Below are positions 1 to 13,900 of a DNA stretch of 64,000 bases, piece after piece. The DNA comes from Balanoglossus misakiensis (Eukaryota > Animalia > Hemichordata). The stretch covers positions 4,675,358 to 4,739,357 of the forward strand of contig CM082585.2 of assembly GCA_040954595.2 (NCBI GenBank). The letters are read 5' to 3'. The notes under the pieces were generated by a model, which was not told the DNA's origin, ran no database searches, and saw nothing but the letters and a program-made list of their open reading frames with translations. The position numbers and the translations under genes are program-made. How positions within the stretch are numbered: position 1 is the stretch's first letter; each line of letters begins with the position of its first letter.

Positions 1-1054
1 AGACCCCTTGAGAGTCAATTATGTAACAACAACAAATATCCCAAAATGGTGACCAAGACAGCGACATTTTCGTTGCCAAAACTGTGCGAATTCTCTCTAC
101 ACTTCTCTGAATATTCCAATTTAATTTTCAGTTTTTATCAGAAGTATGTAACATTTACAGAGATCTCTGTAATTTCCAAACCTGTCTGTCTCTCTGTCCA
201 CAGTATGAATATATTCTAATCAATACAAGTGATAAATTTAGTGATTAACAAAAGCCAATACTGAAATCATGATTATATTATTTACCACATTAGTACAGTT
301 CTTTGCTTTTAAAATTTTAAGAAATGCTGCTGTACATTGATCTCTGCTTTTCTTGATCAAATTTGTGATAGTGCAAGATTTTTTTTTCATTTATTTTTTT
401 GTAGTGTATATATTATGATATTGCCTCGTACATATCGACAAATTCTGAAATAAACCTAATGATTTCCAGTATGTACTTGTTTGTGTCAATTCCCATATGT
501 GACACTGACAGGCACATTTGCACCACAGGAGTTTTGTATTGTCCAGGCAACACAACAATTTCGTAAATTGTTACCAACATAGTCTAAACAGGGTCACACA
601 CACATAAAATCAAACCAAAACTCATGCTTGCCAAAACTTTTATTTTGCTTTTCTGTTGTTTTTCTCAAAACATGCATCTGTTACACATTTTAATTTATAA
701 AAAAAAATACCTTTAAAAAGGTAATTTTGAAAAGGCAAGTCTTTCATTGTTAGGAGCATTGATAAAACTTACACATAACTGAGCAAAAAATATGCTGCTT
801 GAGTAATACTGTAATTAGTGGAGTGCTAGAAGTCTTTCAGATCTCTCAGTCCTTGCTTGGATAATATGTTAATAAAAAAAGCTTTATACTAGTGAGAAAG
901 TTTACCTTTAATAATTGACAACTGTGGTTGGGGGAGGGGACATTTTATTCAGAACTTTCCAATGAAATAAAATGATCAGAATACACCAATTTCCAATTTT
1001 GAATGAAAACACTGATGCAAGTCACTCATTTCACTAAACAGTGAAACCAGTTAA

Positions 1055-1390
1055 AGGTGTACAGTCGCCTATACAAATTTAGCCACAGTTACCTTGGAAA
1101 GTAGAGATTTAGCCAATCACATCTTTTCAGGTGTAGCCCCATGAAAAAAGGGCACCCCTATTTGATATTTTGTTTTCAAAGTATTATATAGCAGCCAAAT
1201 TCGTTAAAGAAGGTACATCTGCTGTTCAAAACAACAAAAGTATACATAAAACATGGTATGAACATCTATCTACAAGAGCAGAGACAAGCTAATGAAAGTT
1301 ACGATGGACAAAAGGTTGAGGTTACATAAAGCATTGTGGGTGCAACACCGCCCTCTATTGCGAGGAAAACAGCAACATATATATCACCTT
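1055..1390. mobile_element. Degraded TTAA/AGGT-terminus (Kolobok-like family A) element, probably in the SPCS2 3' UTR
   Basis: TTAA+AGGTGTACAGTCGCCTATACAAATTTAGCCACAGTTACC matches the termini of the copies at 7236 and 48036; the right end is uncertain. Confidence 0.5.
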
Positions 1391-1514
1391 TGATTTTAAG
1401 GCATGCACAATTTGAAATGAAACTTGCCAAAATGTCCTGTTTTGATATCAAAGACACTCAGTGGAAGAAAATGTTACATAATATATTTTTAAATTAACAT
1501 AATCTTGTTCAAAT

Positions 1515-4339
1515 TTACTTGTCTTTCTTTTCGGTTGAAAGACCATCATGCAGTTCCCGTATTTCTGGTTCATATTTGTCAACCAGAAGTAAACCATTTT
1601 CATCAAACCATGTTGCTACAGACTTCTTTATCGTCGCTTGCCTCATTTCTTTTGATTCACCATCAGTGTAGGTCAGTGTCAATGTGTACATGTGATCAAA
1701 CCTGTTGTCAGAAATAAAAGAAGTCATTTGCGTGATTATTATTGGCTGGACTATTTGACAGTGTTCTGGACTAGTCAGTGTTTTTGTCAAGGTCGGTAAC
1801 CAAGTAACTGTTACTAAGGGTTTACAGGGTTTCCACTTAACATACTATAAAAATGCAGTCATATGAATTGGAAGCAGATATCATTTTCCCTTATACTTTT
1901 GTTTGATATTATGCATAATCACAATATTGGTGTATATTGTGGTCACAATAATGTTAAAAGTCTGGATGCAAGGAAATACATAAATATTAAATAGCCAGGG
2001 TGATGAATGTTACCTTTTCAGTGTTGAGGCAAATTCAAAGATATCATCAGGATCAACTCCAGTTGGATCTTTCCTGTGTGCTACCATGAAAATGTTCTTT
2101 TCCTTTAGAGATGTGTACGCTGTTATCACGCCCATCATGATGAAATAAGTGAGATGGTTAAAGAATGTACACAGAAGGAAATAGCCACGGCAAATCCTTA
2201 CTGACAACTGAAATCATATTTCAACTCTGTTTCATTTCAACAGACCAAAGCATTACATGTTTCTACGAGTTTAGTTCATGCAACTTTTAGAAATTCCTAA
2301 TTTCCTTCCTCTAAAAATATTCAACTTAAAATATCATTCAAGTCTACTCAATTTCTGTATCAGGTTTTTTGCTATTTTTTTATCCCCTTTTCAAAATATA
2401 AGAACTCCATCACCAACTTTCAAACCTTTCATTTGAATTCATAAAATGATTGTGAATTCTTTGACGCAGATAACTGATCATTATTGATCATGGCCAATAT
2501 ATTTTGTACGTATGCGAGTAACATTCTACTTCACTCTAGTTAGATACAATTTTAATCTGTTTGTGTGAATATCAGAACACTGACTTGGTCACATGACTGT
2601 GTATTTGGGAGTCTCACCAGTGATTTCAATGAGGCATGGCATACAATTTTATGACTTTCAACCTAGAGCCATTAGCAGGACAGAAACAAGATCTGTCTGA
2701 TTAAAAAGGATATGATACAACACAGCCAACGAGAACTGGACGAGACTCAGGAAATGGATGCAGGTAGTCATAGATTAAGGCAGTTACAGCAAACATGCAA
2801 GATATTGTACAGATAAGTAACCGTAGATCCATTAATATGTGGTTTTCTTTGTATCCATAACCGTCACACAGAACCTGCAATGAGAAAGTCAGAGGGATTC
2901 TATTTCAGGAAGGTCATTATGAAATCTCTGACATTTCAACTAGTGTAATAAAAGTACCCAAGTTATCTCTTTATCAACCTTCTAAAAATAAGTTAGATAT
3001 TGTTTGTGATACACAAGCAGAGAGAGAGTGTGTGAGTGTGTCTAGCAGTGTTAAGAGGAAAGGACTGGGTGAAGCTTTGCAATGCAATGGTCCCAAATAT
3101 CTGATGACATGGATTTTTAACAACCACAAAATCAAAACCAGAATGCTGCAGAGTGACCTACCATGCACCCTGAGAGATTTGGGATGGGATAGACAACACT
3201 GCCCACCCTATCCAAATCTCTCGTGGTACACGTAAATAACTCTAGACTACACCAGCATTAATATTATTAATAATAGAAATACCCTGGTCGAAGATAATAC
3301 ATGTATACCCCACATGTAAATAAGGCGATAATGCAAGCAGATTGTGAAAAACAGCTATTCTTGTTTACATGTAGTCTCAGGAAATTTACTAAGTTTATTT
3401 TATCTGATGGGATGTATATATGTGATGTATAAATATTCAGTGTAGTCATTTTAAGTAGGACCCACCAAGTATGCTTATCACTGCTAAATGTGTGACATAC
3501 TGATTTACACGTATACATTTCTGCAAATTGGCTTTCTCACTGAAAGTCGAATGGGAAGAAAAGGACAATGGTTTCTTCATTTTATTTTACAAGTTACATA
3601 CAACAATGAGCTGATGAATATTTACCTTCTTGGCTGCATCATCAAGGGCATTTTTCACGGCAGATCCATCCCACTTATCAATTTTAATTGGAGCCCCATC
3701 AAGAGACCACTGAAAGGAAGATGGTACTTGTGTATCAAGTTACAGGTTGGTTAGATGGTGGAGATAGAGTTAAATGGAAAAATCCATTAATGAGTTATAG
3801 CAAATTCCAGAATACTTTGAGAAATTGGAATGCCACTCCAGTACATGTAATGATGTTATTATACTGATGTACTCAGCAATCAGTGAACATACACATTGGA
3901 TGACTGTACGCAGAGCTGCATCCCGGGGCTTACTTCAATTTCATGTACATCATTCGTGAATGCATACAGCTTGCTAAAAGATGCACCGCATACTGGCATG
4001 TGCACTGTGTCAAAAAAGAACTGACTATGGAATCAATATCTGCACTTTGGAATAGATAAATCGTGTAAAATACTACACAGCAGTACAATGTTCTTCTTAT
4101 TCATTTGCCGAGACTTGAGCTGAGTTGACATCTGTTCGCTAAACAATGAAGAAACAGATGCTACGGAAAAATTTTTATTTGATGGGAATAAAATATAAAA
4201 TGGGTTGGACATCTTAAATAGCACCGAAAAATTAAAATGTTAGTACGCTCGTTATTTCATTCAAGGATATTTCCCCGAGTTAGTGAACAGCAAAATATCT
4301 TACCTTGCTCAACACGCCGTCTTTCTTGTTCGCGGACAT
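1515..4339 (-). CDS. SPCS2: Signal peptidase complex subunit 2 (SPC25/SPCS2), 5 exons, ~200 aa
   Basis: Exons (minus): 4339-4304, 3709-3626, 2874-2714, 2148-2014, 1701-1515; 603 nt in frame. Translation includes [56 protein letters not shown] and [10 protein letters not shown]...WFDENG, recognisable as SPCS2. Intron 3 is AT-AC; the others are GT-AG. Confidence 0.95.
2149..2713 (-). other. U12-type (minor spliceosome) AT-AC intron in SPCS2
   Basis: On the minus strand the 5' site reads ATATCCTTTT and the 3' end reads TTCTTTAACCATCTCAC (U12-like branch point close to an AC acceptor). Splicing here joins ...CVV-S-YFIMMG in frame; read-through hits a TAA. Confidence 0.92.
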
Positions 4340-4690
4340 TTTTTACCGGAAGTACACGTCTTTCTCTAATCTAACCTTTTAAGCCTGGCATATTTAGCAA
4401 CACGGCTGCTTAAATTTACAAGTTCAAACTTTCATCCAACATTTTTACATTATCGAGAAATACTTATAACAGGCATATTTTAGCACTTAAACTGAAACAA
4501 AATCCCAATTTAGTGTATTTTTGATTTGGGAATAAAAACACTTCATTTCAAAGGAAGGCCGCCTAAGTCCTCAGTCATAAGTGCATCCGGGGTTTTACAT
4601 TCTTCAGCACCTTGGTGAAAACCGAAGCGGAGCGTAGTTGAGCTGATTGGGGGAAGACATAAACCCTTATTTAAAACTTGCGTAAGTAGG
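4340..4690. promoter_or_regulatory. Bidirectional promoter region SPCS2/IFT81
   Basis: Divergent ATGs at 4339 (-) and 4949 (+). ETS-type CCGGAAGT at 4346-4353, RFX half-site-like TAGCAAC at 4395-4401, ATTGG at 4646-4650, and a probable IFT81 5'UTR donor GTAAGT at 4682. Confidence 0.6.
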
Positions 4691-4948
4691 AATGACTTTA
4701 ACTATCAAATAATGTAACATTATTAATGTAAAAAATAAATATTCATATTTGTCGCTAGTCATGCGCGTTCTTTTGAGTGACAAACAAAATATTACCTGGC
4801 ACTTGACAACGGACGCTCATGATGAAATACTACATCTTGTCTGATTGATTCAAAATCAAATTCTCAATGCTCACCTGTTGTATTTGTAGTGACAACCAGA
4901 TCGCACTTGTAAATTGTTTTCCAGAGATAAAATTTAACAAAACCAACC

Positions 4949-7900
4949 ATGAGTGAACAGTTGAAATACCTGGTCGACCAGCTCAACAAGGAGCCGTTCA
5001 AAAGGAACTACAACCTTATCAGTTTTGATGCCTTGGAAGGACATCAACTGCTTCAGATCCTAAATGATGTCTTCGCAGAAATTAACCCACAGGTAGGTGT
5101 ATAAAATAACTGACTGCGTCGTCAACAGATATGATCACTCCTGAATGAACAACAACCATATCAAAGATAGGAGTAATGAGTTCGTGCCTATGGGTAGGTC
5201 CACCTAATAGTTTTATCAAAACATCACAACAAAATACATGTACCGGTATGTGATGTACTATTGTAAACAGAGTTAGCTGCACTGCGAACAGTCAATCATC
5301 AACAGTCAAGTGTTTTCAGGAAACCTTAAAGGGTGGACCCTACTTATTTTCTGCAGTTGTTACTTTTACATATGTATATATAATATCTGCATCCATGTTT
5401 CTTTCATTTGTTTGTATTTTTGTCTCTATTAAATTTTAATTTAAATGTAGAGTTTATATCACTGCACTGTGTACATGTATCCACATAGTATAAAGTTATT
5501 TTTATATGAGTAATGTATTATAACATGAATAGCATGCAGCAGACTGCAGTTCACATTCTAATAATGTAATATGTGCAACTGCTGTGTGGTTGGTCATGTA
5601 TGTACGAATAAGTTCCCTGTTTTATGTCTTTCTTTTGGTATTTTCTCAGAATAAAATGGATATAAGGGAGGAAGAAGCTGACCAGACAGCTGTGCGTATG
5701 ATGGGGACATTGAGAGTCTTGAAATATATACCAAAAGAAGATCCGTAAGTTATTTTCAGAGAACTTTGTGGTACACTTATAGAAATGAGATTTTTTAAAT
5801 GTGAATGCCTTTTGGTTACATGCACCTTCTGAAATACTTTCTTTCTTTTTTACTGCCAAAGATCAAACTTGACTTAATGGAAATATGTCTAAATGCATCT
5901 AAATGATGAAGACATTACACACCACTCACTTTTTTTTCTGTAGAATGTCTGAACTAGATGATCCACAGAAAATTCAACACATAATGTTATAAAAAACCTT
6001 GATGTAAAATTGCTATTAAATGAACGCAACTCAAAACCTCTGGCAACTTTTTGAAAATTGGATGAATTGAATTGAAATGAGCACCGGATTCAAAATCTTT
6101 ATTTGAAATCAATCGAACGCTTGGTTTAGGTTCGTTTGGTTGGTATTGGCCTGTTACGAGTATGACCAACTGTACATCTTTGCCCATTATTGAACTTCAT
6201 TATTCTGTAATTGCAGGAGTACATTCCGACAAGGTCTGGTCACTGGTGACAAACTAGTGATACATCCAATATTACAGTGGTTACTGCAAAGGATACCGGA
6301 TCTGAAGAAGCGTGCGTATCTGGCCAAATATCTGGTGAAAGTTGAAGTCCCAGAGGAGTTCATGGCTGATGATATGGTTGCTGAGATATATACTCAGGTA
6401 ATACTGCATAGAAATTGGTCAGAAAATGTTTTACGGAACATTTTCACTCATGTTTACAGACATACAGATTGTGGTTAATATTAAAATGCCCACCAGGGAT
6501 TACCATTTCTTTGTGTACATGTAGTAGAATACCATGATATCAATGACTATTAACAGCTTGTGAAGTTACAATTTTTCTGGTTTACACTTAATATAAAGAG
6601 AGAATAAAGCAGAATGTTTTTAATGCAGTTCACGTAGCATGATGAATCCTTTTGCGTTCAACTAGTACAAATCCAAGAAAAATGTACTAACGTGAACCCT
6701 GTACCTTCAATAATTAACCGGTCTTCCTTCAATATGGCCCATATTACGGGGTAGAATGGTCGGTCTGTGGAAAAGGTATTTCACAAAACAAGTAACATAA
6801 TCAAGGCACTGTTTCTACCACTATCACATGGCTGATTCTAATGCCACTTTTGTGTAGAACACTACATGTACAGTAATGTGTGTCTGATACTTTAGTCTAG
6901 AGTAAGCCTATTTGTAAGTGGTATACCTTGACTGACAACTGCTGGAGCAATGCATTGCGGCCAGTCTTCGTTAATTTGTGTATAAATGCAAAATTGAAGT
7001 GAATTGTGATTCTTTATTTATTCTCAATTGTCTATCAGTATGAAGGCCTTGTTGACACTTTCAAGTTGCTGCACAAAGAAACTGAACGGTTGAGAAGCTC
7101 CACTTTCTCAACCTCCGAGATCAGAAAGGATATTAATCAGATGGAAGAAGAAAAAGAGCAATTGGTGAAAAGAATTGAACGACTGAAGAAGAAAGTAAGT
7201 GTCACATAGATAAATACTTTTAATATATGGATTAAAGGTACACAGTCACCTATGCAAATTTAATCACTGTAACCATGGAAAATTCAAATTTAGCCAATCC
7301 CAGAATTTGAGTGGGTGGCACACACACAAAAAGTTTGCCGCCACATGGTTATTCAAACACATAGACACACCCTTTTGATCATACAGTAAAACCTGTCAAA
7401 ACCGGACTCTGGGGGGACTGAGAAATCTGTCCGGTTTGAACAGTGGTCCGGTTTGGAGGGGTGGGCGTGGTCAAAAGTTTTCCGATCCGGCCGTGTTTCA
7501 CACATCGACCGTATACATACATACGCACGTACGACCACGGGCGTCATGGAACAATAAAGTGTATGGATAATTTAGCATAGGTCTAAACGAATACACAATA
7601 AATATTTTTCCTTTTTTTTATGTGAACGAGAACTACACTCACGAACGGCCTAGCTACAGCTGGACTCGCAAAATATGCGAGCGAACGCACTAGCGCCGCC
7701 GAACGCGGAAGTGATGGAGCAATCTACAACCGCACGCGCCCGGCCCAGCGCGCGCGGCAGACGATCGTACGACTCCGTTGCTAGCCAGGACAGACGCGCT
7801 CGTATACATCGCTCTGATTGAATGTGCCTTCATAGCTTTGACCGTCCGAAAAAAATGACACCGGGAAACGTTATGTTTGATCAGCCGACAACAGAGCTCA

Positions 7901-10900
7901 TTACTGCGGTGACACTCCACTTGTCAAAAATATGCGACAAACGAGTCGAACAATAGAATGCGTTCACGCCTTGCTTGAGTGACAGCTCCACGCCGTTGAT
8001 TGCTTGTTAAATTGGTCAAAACAAAACTCAAAGACAAAAGACAGTGATTCATCATATCTTTAATGTAGCAAAAACAAAGAAACTTGAAAAGATGCCGTCT
8101 TCAAACAGTCGTTCCGTCCGGTTTTCGCTCGAAATCCCGTCCGGTTTCCACAGTAGACAGTGGCCGGTCTGCAGAGGTTTTTTAACACAGGGCGTCTATG
8201 GGAGTGGGCAGGGACTGAAAAAATCGTTCGGTATGGACAGTGGTCCGGTTTTACCAGGGTCCGGTTTTGACAGGTTTTACTGTATATGGGCATATGTAAA
8301 TTAGAGGTGACCATATACCTTTAATATGAGACTAGTCAAAGGTCATAACACCATTATTTGGCAGGAGATTGCACAAGTGGGGTCTCTATGGTGGCAGGTT
8401 GTACTGATTTCTGATCACAAACGGTTACCTTCTGTGCACAAATGTTGAATGTAGTGTTGTGAAGATTGTACGATAGCCTGTTTGTTGGTTTCAGTCCTAC
8501 CTATCACAGTAGTAATAGCTGTAGACCGTGGTCATACTGTGTCCATTTTACATGTACCGGTAATGCAGTGTTTCGTTCAGGATGGTATCAGCAGGAGGGA
8601 TATGTGATTATGTCCCCCTTTGCCAGATATTTGAGGGGGATTCCACTCTTGCAAAGGGGACTGTAATATCTTCAACATGTGAGTGCCATCATTTTAGGTG
8701 GCACTGCCACCCCCCCCCCCCCTGACAAATTGCTAAGGGGTGCCAAAATGTCAATTGGGGGTGAATCCACTGGTAATGCCCATGAAGCCATTGTTATTGG
8801 TTTGAAGCCTGATACCGGAGACAGTCTGCTGTATTACAGTGAACAGATTTTCACATACAGGTGGCTTGGTTATTGCCCTTTAGAAAACACTGGTAAACTT
8901 AAAATATGGAGTCCCTATTTGATGCCACCACTCTGGTTTCAATTACAGGTGGAGACAGTTCCTAACCACGAACGAATGCTGGAAATCGCCCGGAACTTCC
9001 GGAAAGAGACGGAGAGAGAATCGTCCATAGCACAGCAGAAACTGGAACAGAAAAATCAGGTAGATAGTAGTACTAGTCAACCCTGCAGACTCTTTTGGTA
9101 TGATTCTTTTTGTAAATAATTCCAGGAAATGACAAAAACCAACAGCCGGTCATATGAATTGCAGGATTATATTCACAGTATACCAGCCATGGGTTGATTA
9201 CAAATCAAATGTGGACAGCATATTAAGTGGTGTTTGTAGTGTAAATATTAATTAATAATGGATGTATAATATTTTTTATCCAGTGCAAAAAATTAAATAT
9301 CATGACATTGGGAACTTGCATCTTTGAAACAGGCCTTCCAAATGATGTTGTTGCATAAAAGTGTATGTAGCCCAAACTGAAAGTGAATTTTCACATTTTA
9401 AAACAACGATTTGGAATGTTCTGAGCTGAGTGACTTTTCTTTGACAGCTTCTTCATGCAGAACAGAGATACCAAAGAACACTACATTCTTTGAAAGATCT
9501 GAAACAGACAACAGCAGGAGCATCAGCTGATGGTAAGTCAACTCTCAACTTTCTCCTCAGTCCTGGTCAACATGTGATATCCAAACTACCTGAGAAATTG
9601 TTCATGAATCTGTTTGTTTTGCCAATATCATCAATTTTTCTGAAAAATGATAGTCTTCCAATATGGAATTCACACAGGGACCATTGAAATGTCTCTGAAA
9701 TGTCTCAGCTCAAATACTGGCATAACTTATTTATATGTGTGGACAGTTTAAATGGTCCTGGAACGTTTAAAAAAAAAAAAAAATCTATAATATGAGAACA
9801 AGGTTTTAGACTTTGATTTTTGAGGTGTGTACTACCTTACTTATTCAAACACTGCCTTACATACAATGTAGGTCTGATAAAGAAGCTGGAGGAAGAAAAC
9901 AAAGTGAATGCATATCTGTGCCAAGAGAAACTCCCCAAAGAGATTGAAGCCAAACGCAAGACGGTGCAAGATTTGCAGAGAGTGATATCAGAACCTGCCA
10001 TGGGACAGTCAGATTTAGATGAACTGGACAAGAAGGTATAAAATTGAACTTGTGTGTGTGTGCATTTGGTAAGAGTTTGGTGTGTGGTTGCACTGTGCCG
10101 TCTTAAACAAACATACTTTTTAAATTAAAAGCTTTGAGTTAACTTTAGGATTTCTAAAAAATATTCTCTGAGTCAACAGACTCTGACTGGTCAAGGTGTC
10201 ACACACATTTCATGAGGAATGTAGTCGTAATGGCCAGTCAATATGTACATGCGCTATCTGGGCCTATCTTCATGGTTTAAAAATTAAATGTCACTTCCAA
10301 TGGGGTATAGAGATGAAAGGTGTTAATTGAACAAATTGGTGAAAATTCAAAGGTATTTCAAGTTGATGGGTTGCTGATATGATGTGTTGGTTACAGGCAA
10401 ATTTTTCTTAAATTTCTTGAAACAGATGTGTTACATCACATCCCAGAAACTAATGCCGACTGTTTGTCTAACAGATCCGTGCCGTCAACGCCGAAATCAA
10501 TCAGCTGATTGAAAAGAGGATGATGAGAAATGATCCCATTGATGACAAACTGTCCCTCTTCAGACAACAAGCGTCAATCATCGCCAGAAAGAAAGAAGCA
10601 GCGGCCGAGGTGTTGTCAGAGACGAAGGAAGAACTACAAGCCTGTCAGCGCGAAGTGCGAGAGAAGAGAGACCAGGCAAAGAGTGTTCAAGGGGAGGAAG
10701 TTCTCAAGGGTGATGATGTAGGTTATACAACTTCTTCATTCATTGGCGTGTGTGTGTGTTACAGTGTGTATGTATGTACATATGTAATTGCCCACCCCAA
10801 CCAAGTGTACGAAATAAAGCCTGTCCGACAGTCCAAGACTGGTTGTTTTTCTGTCGGACTGGTAAAAATAAAATGTTACCAGTCCGACAGACAGGTTGAA

Positions 10901-13900
10901 TTTAGCGTGGGAGTTGACCAGTGGTATCATGGTATCTTTTAGACTTTCCTCAGTTCATGTATTGCAAATAAAAGAAACAATGATGTAAAAGCTTGAAAAT
11001 TATCCAATCAAAGTAATGTAAAGAGAAAGATGATTCCATCCCATCTTCAATTGTTCACAGATAAGGTAATAGCTTCTCAGTTGTATTTGATTACATTTGA
11101 TTGTAAGGCATAATATCAGGATTGGTAAGTTTTTGGCAGGACTGGCAACTTTTTGAAGTTGCCAGTCCTGGTGACTGGTTGATATTTTCTACGAATTTCG
11201 AACACTGCCCAACCTACATTCCACCACCTGTGTACCTGCATATAACCACGTCTTCCGCTTCACATTTTCGCCAGTTTAGTCTCCTGATGAGTGAGTCTAG
11301 TGACTCACGAAACAGCATTGTAGAGATCATGCCGCCTTTCGATTCTCCTACTACCCTACTTTATACCGTATGTATATATGTACGTGTATGTGCATGCATG
11401 TGTGTATGTATGTCTGTCTGTAAATTTGTCTGTCAAATGCTGAGAGAACCACAACACTTGTTCTGGTTTAATTTTGATAGTGCTCGAGACACCTAGTTGC
11501 AGCCTAAATGTTAACTGCGCATTTCATGGGGTATATCTCACATAATTTTGCTGGAATTCAACAAACAGTATTTTTGAAAGTACAGAAACTGTATAATAAG
11601 CAAGTCTTTTTGTTTCTAAGGCAACAGGGACATACTGAACAACATACTAATCATATGTGGTTGTCAATTTCAGTTCAAACGTTACGTCAACAAACTGAGA
11701 GGAAAGAGCACAGTGTACAAGAAGAAAAGACAGGAACTCGCAGAATTGAGGGCAGAGTACGGTGTGTTGTCACGAACAGAGGAAATATTGAAACAGAGAG
11801 ATGGACAAGTTTCATTTGCATTGGTAAGCCCTGGTTTTCCATGACTGTTCACTGTTTGAGCTTTACATATTGTTATTGTATGTTTCTCCAGAGTTTTAGT
11901 GTGAGCATCTTAATATGAAGATGGCATTCATGAAAATTTCCTGTTTTAGAGACAGCTTCTTGGCTTGGATCGAAGTACATGTAAATTGTATGTAAAGCAA
12001 GCTCAAGTGTAATTGCTCCCAATGAACCTGACATCACTGGCACATTTTCTACTGAAATGAAACCCAATCTTACACTACATAAATGTTATAAATGTATTAA
12101 TATTGTCAGTAGTGGAGAACATGCCTTATTTTTAGCTGGTTAGACAAACAGAGACATATGTCATTTGATGGATGGCATAATTATGCCATCAGGAGATCGA
12201 TAAAGTTCATGCCCACCCTGATGTAATTCTGAGCACGTGCTGGCCTGAAAGGGGATGTTCAAACTTCAATTGATTGGTACCATGATAAGTTATCCAAAAT
12301 TGCAAGCAGGCTATATTTGACATGAAACTGACACTAATGCTCTTGTACGCCCAACAGTCACAACTAGAGGCAAAGAAAGGCGTGTCTGGATATCAAGACA
12401 CACAAGAAGAATTGGAAAAGGTCTCTACTGTGAAGAGTGAATTGGACGAAATGAAAGGCAAGACATTAGAGGACATGTCAGAAATGGTAAGTTTGGTGAC
12501 CTTTGACCTGTGAGTCATCTATTGTCTCATGTTATGCAAATTTTATTGTGATTTTTTTTGGCACCAAAAAATATTATATTTTCACATAATGTGAAATTTA
12601 CAGAACTTATGAACATACTAGTACACACAGTAATGTAATGATTGGTGTATGAGCATTTTGATTAAAAGTTTGGTGTATCACTATCAGTGACAGGGGGAAT
12701 ACTTGTTCTGTTTCAGGTGAGGAAGTTAACAATGACCATTGCTAACAAGAAGTCAGACTTGGCACCAGTCATCAAAGAGTTGCGTCCGTTACGACAACGC
12801 TGTCAAGAAATACAACAAGTGTACGATGAGAAGAAGGCTCAGTATGATACCATGTCAGCAGGTCTAGAAAGCAATAGATCGAAAATAGAACAGGTTTGTC
12901 TATAATGTTTATGTGAAGGTAGTTACCTGTATTGTGTAAGTCTTTACACCTGTACATTTTTTTATGAAAGTTTGTGTTCCACGGCATTGCCATTTCAAGG
13001 TGACGGGCAAACAATGTTTTGGCATCCAGTAAGTTTTTCTGGGTATGTTTATACTTAAGAACCGCCAGACATGTAACATGTAACATGTATCAGGTATGGG
13101 TCATCATCAGCCTCATGGCATTTTGTTTGTGCAGTCTTTGTCTGTACCACGTTGCTGAAGTTGCCTGTCAGCTGGAAATTTGACTGCCAATGTAACTGTG
13201 CCTGAATGCATCTGACGTTTGATATCAAAGAAATGGTAGAAGTGTTAGAGAGACAATGAGGAATTTGTTTTCCAAATATTGCAAATTTGCATATCTAGTC
13301 AACTTTTGTTTTAGTAAAATATTGTATATGTGATATTCTAACTGTGGTAGAGCTGTCATGTAAAACTTGTTTGTTTTGACAGGAATTATGTGTTTGTTTG
13401 TTTTGACAGGAGATATATATAAATTTTTGTTTGTTTTTTTGTTTTGACAGGAAGTGCGTGCATACAGAGAAGAGTGTGCCCAGGAGGAGAGTCGTTTCCA
13501 TTATCTGAATTGTATGACAAAAATTATTGAACTTCAACAACAGAGAGTGTCTGATGAAATGAAGGCCTATGTGTCTTCAGAGCAGCAGGAGAAGAAGAAA
13601 GCCTTCCGTGAACAGTATACCAGAAAGATTCAAGAGCAAGAAAATTTAGGAAAGGTCAGTTGAAACATTATGGTGTTCACACAGGGACCTTTGAAATATG
13701 TCTGAAACGTCTCAGCTCAAATACTGACACAAATTTTTAAGTGTGAATGGTTTAAGTGGTCCTGGAACGTTTCAGATTGGAAACGGATTTGCCGGCCAGA
13801 CCTGAGCCAGTGTAAGGATTAACATCTTTCTGCAACACATTGTCTATGGGGCCAAGCGCCATAGACATAACAAGCTGTTGGTTGGCCTACTTTGCCTAGA

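Noticed and set aside
1-700. AATAAA at 449-454 (+) and 639-644 (-) as gene ends
   Set aside because: Plausible poly(A) signals, but the background is AT-rich and there is no upstream gene evidence in the window.
2149-2207. Upstream extension of the ORF-track SPCS2 exon 4 via a canonical AG acceptor
   Set aside because: The extension is not SPCS2-like, and the AT-AC junction gives the exact conserved sequence.
7353-8314. Short ORFs inside the pogo-like element as a possible transposase
   Set aside because: All are under 90 aa with no HTH or DDE/D motifs; the element is non-autonomous.
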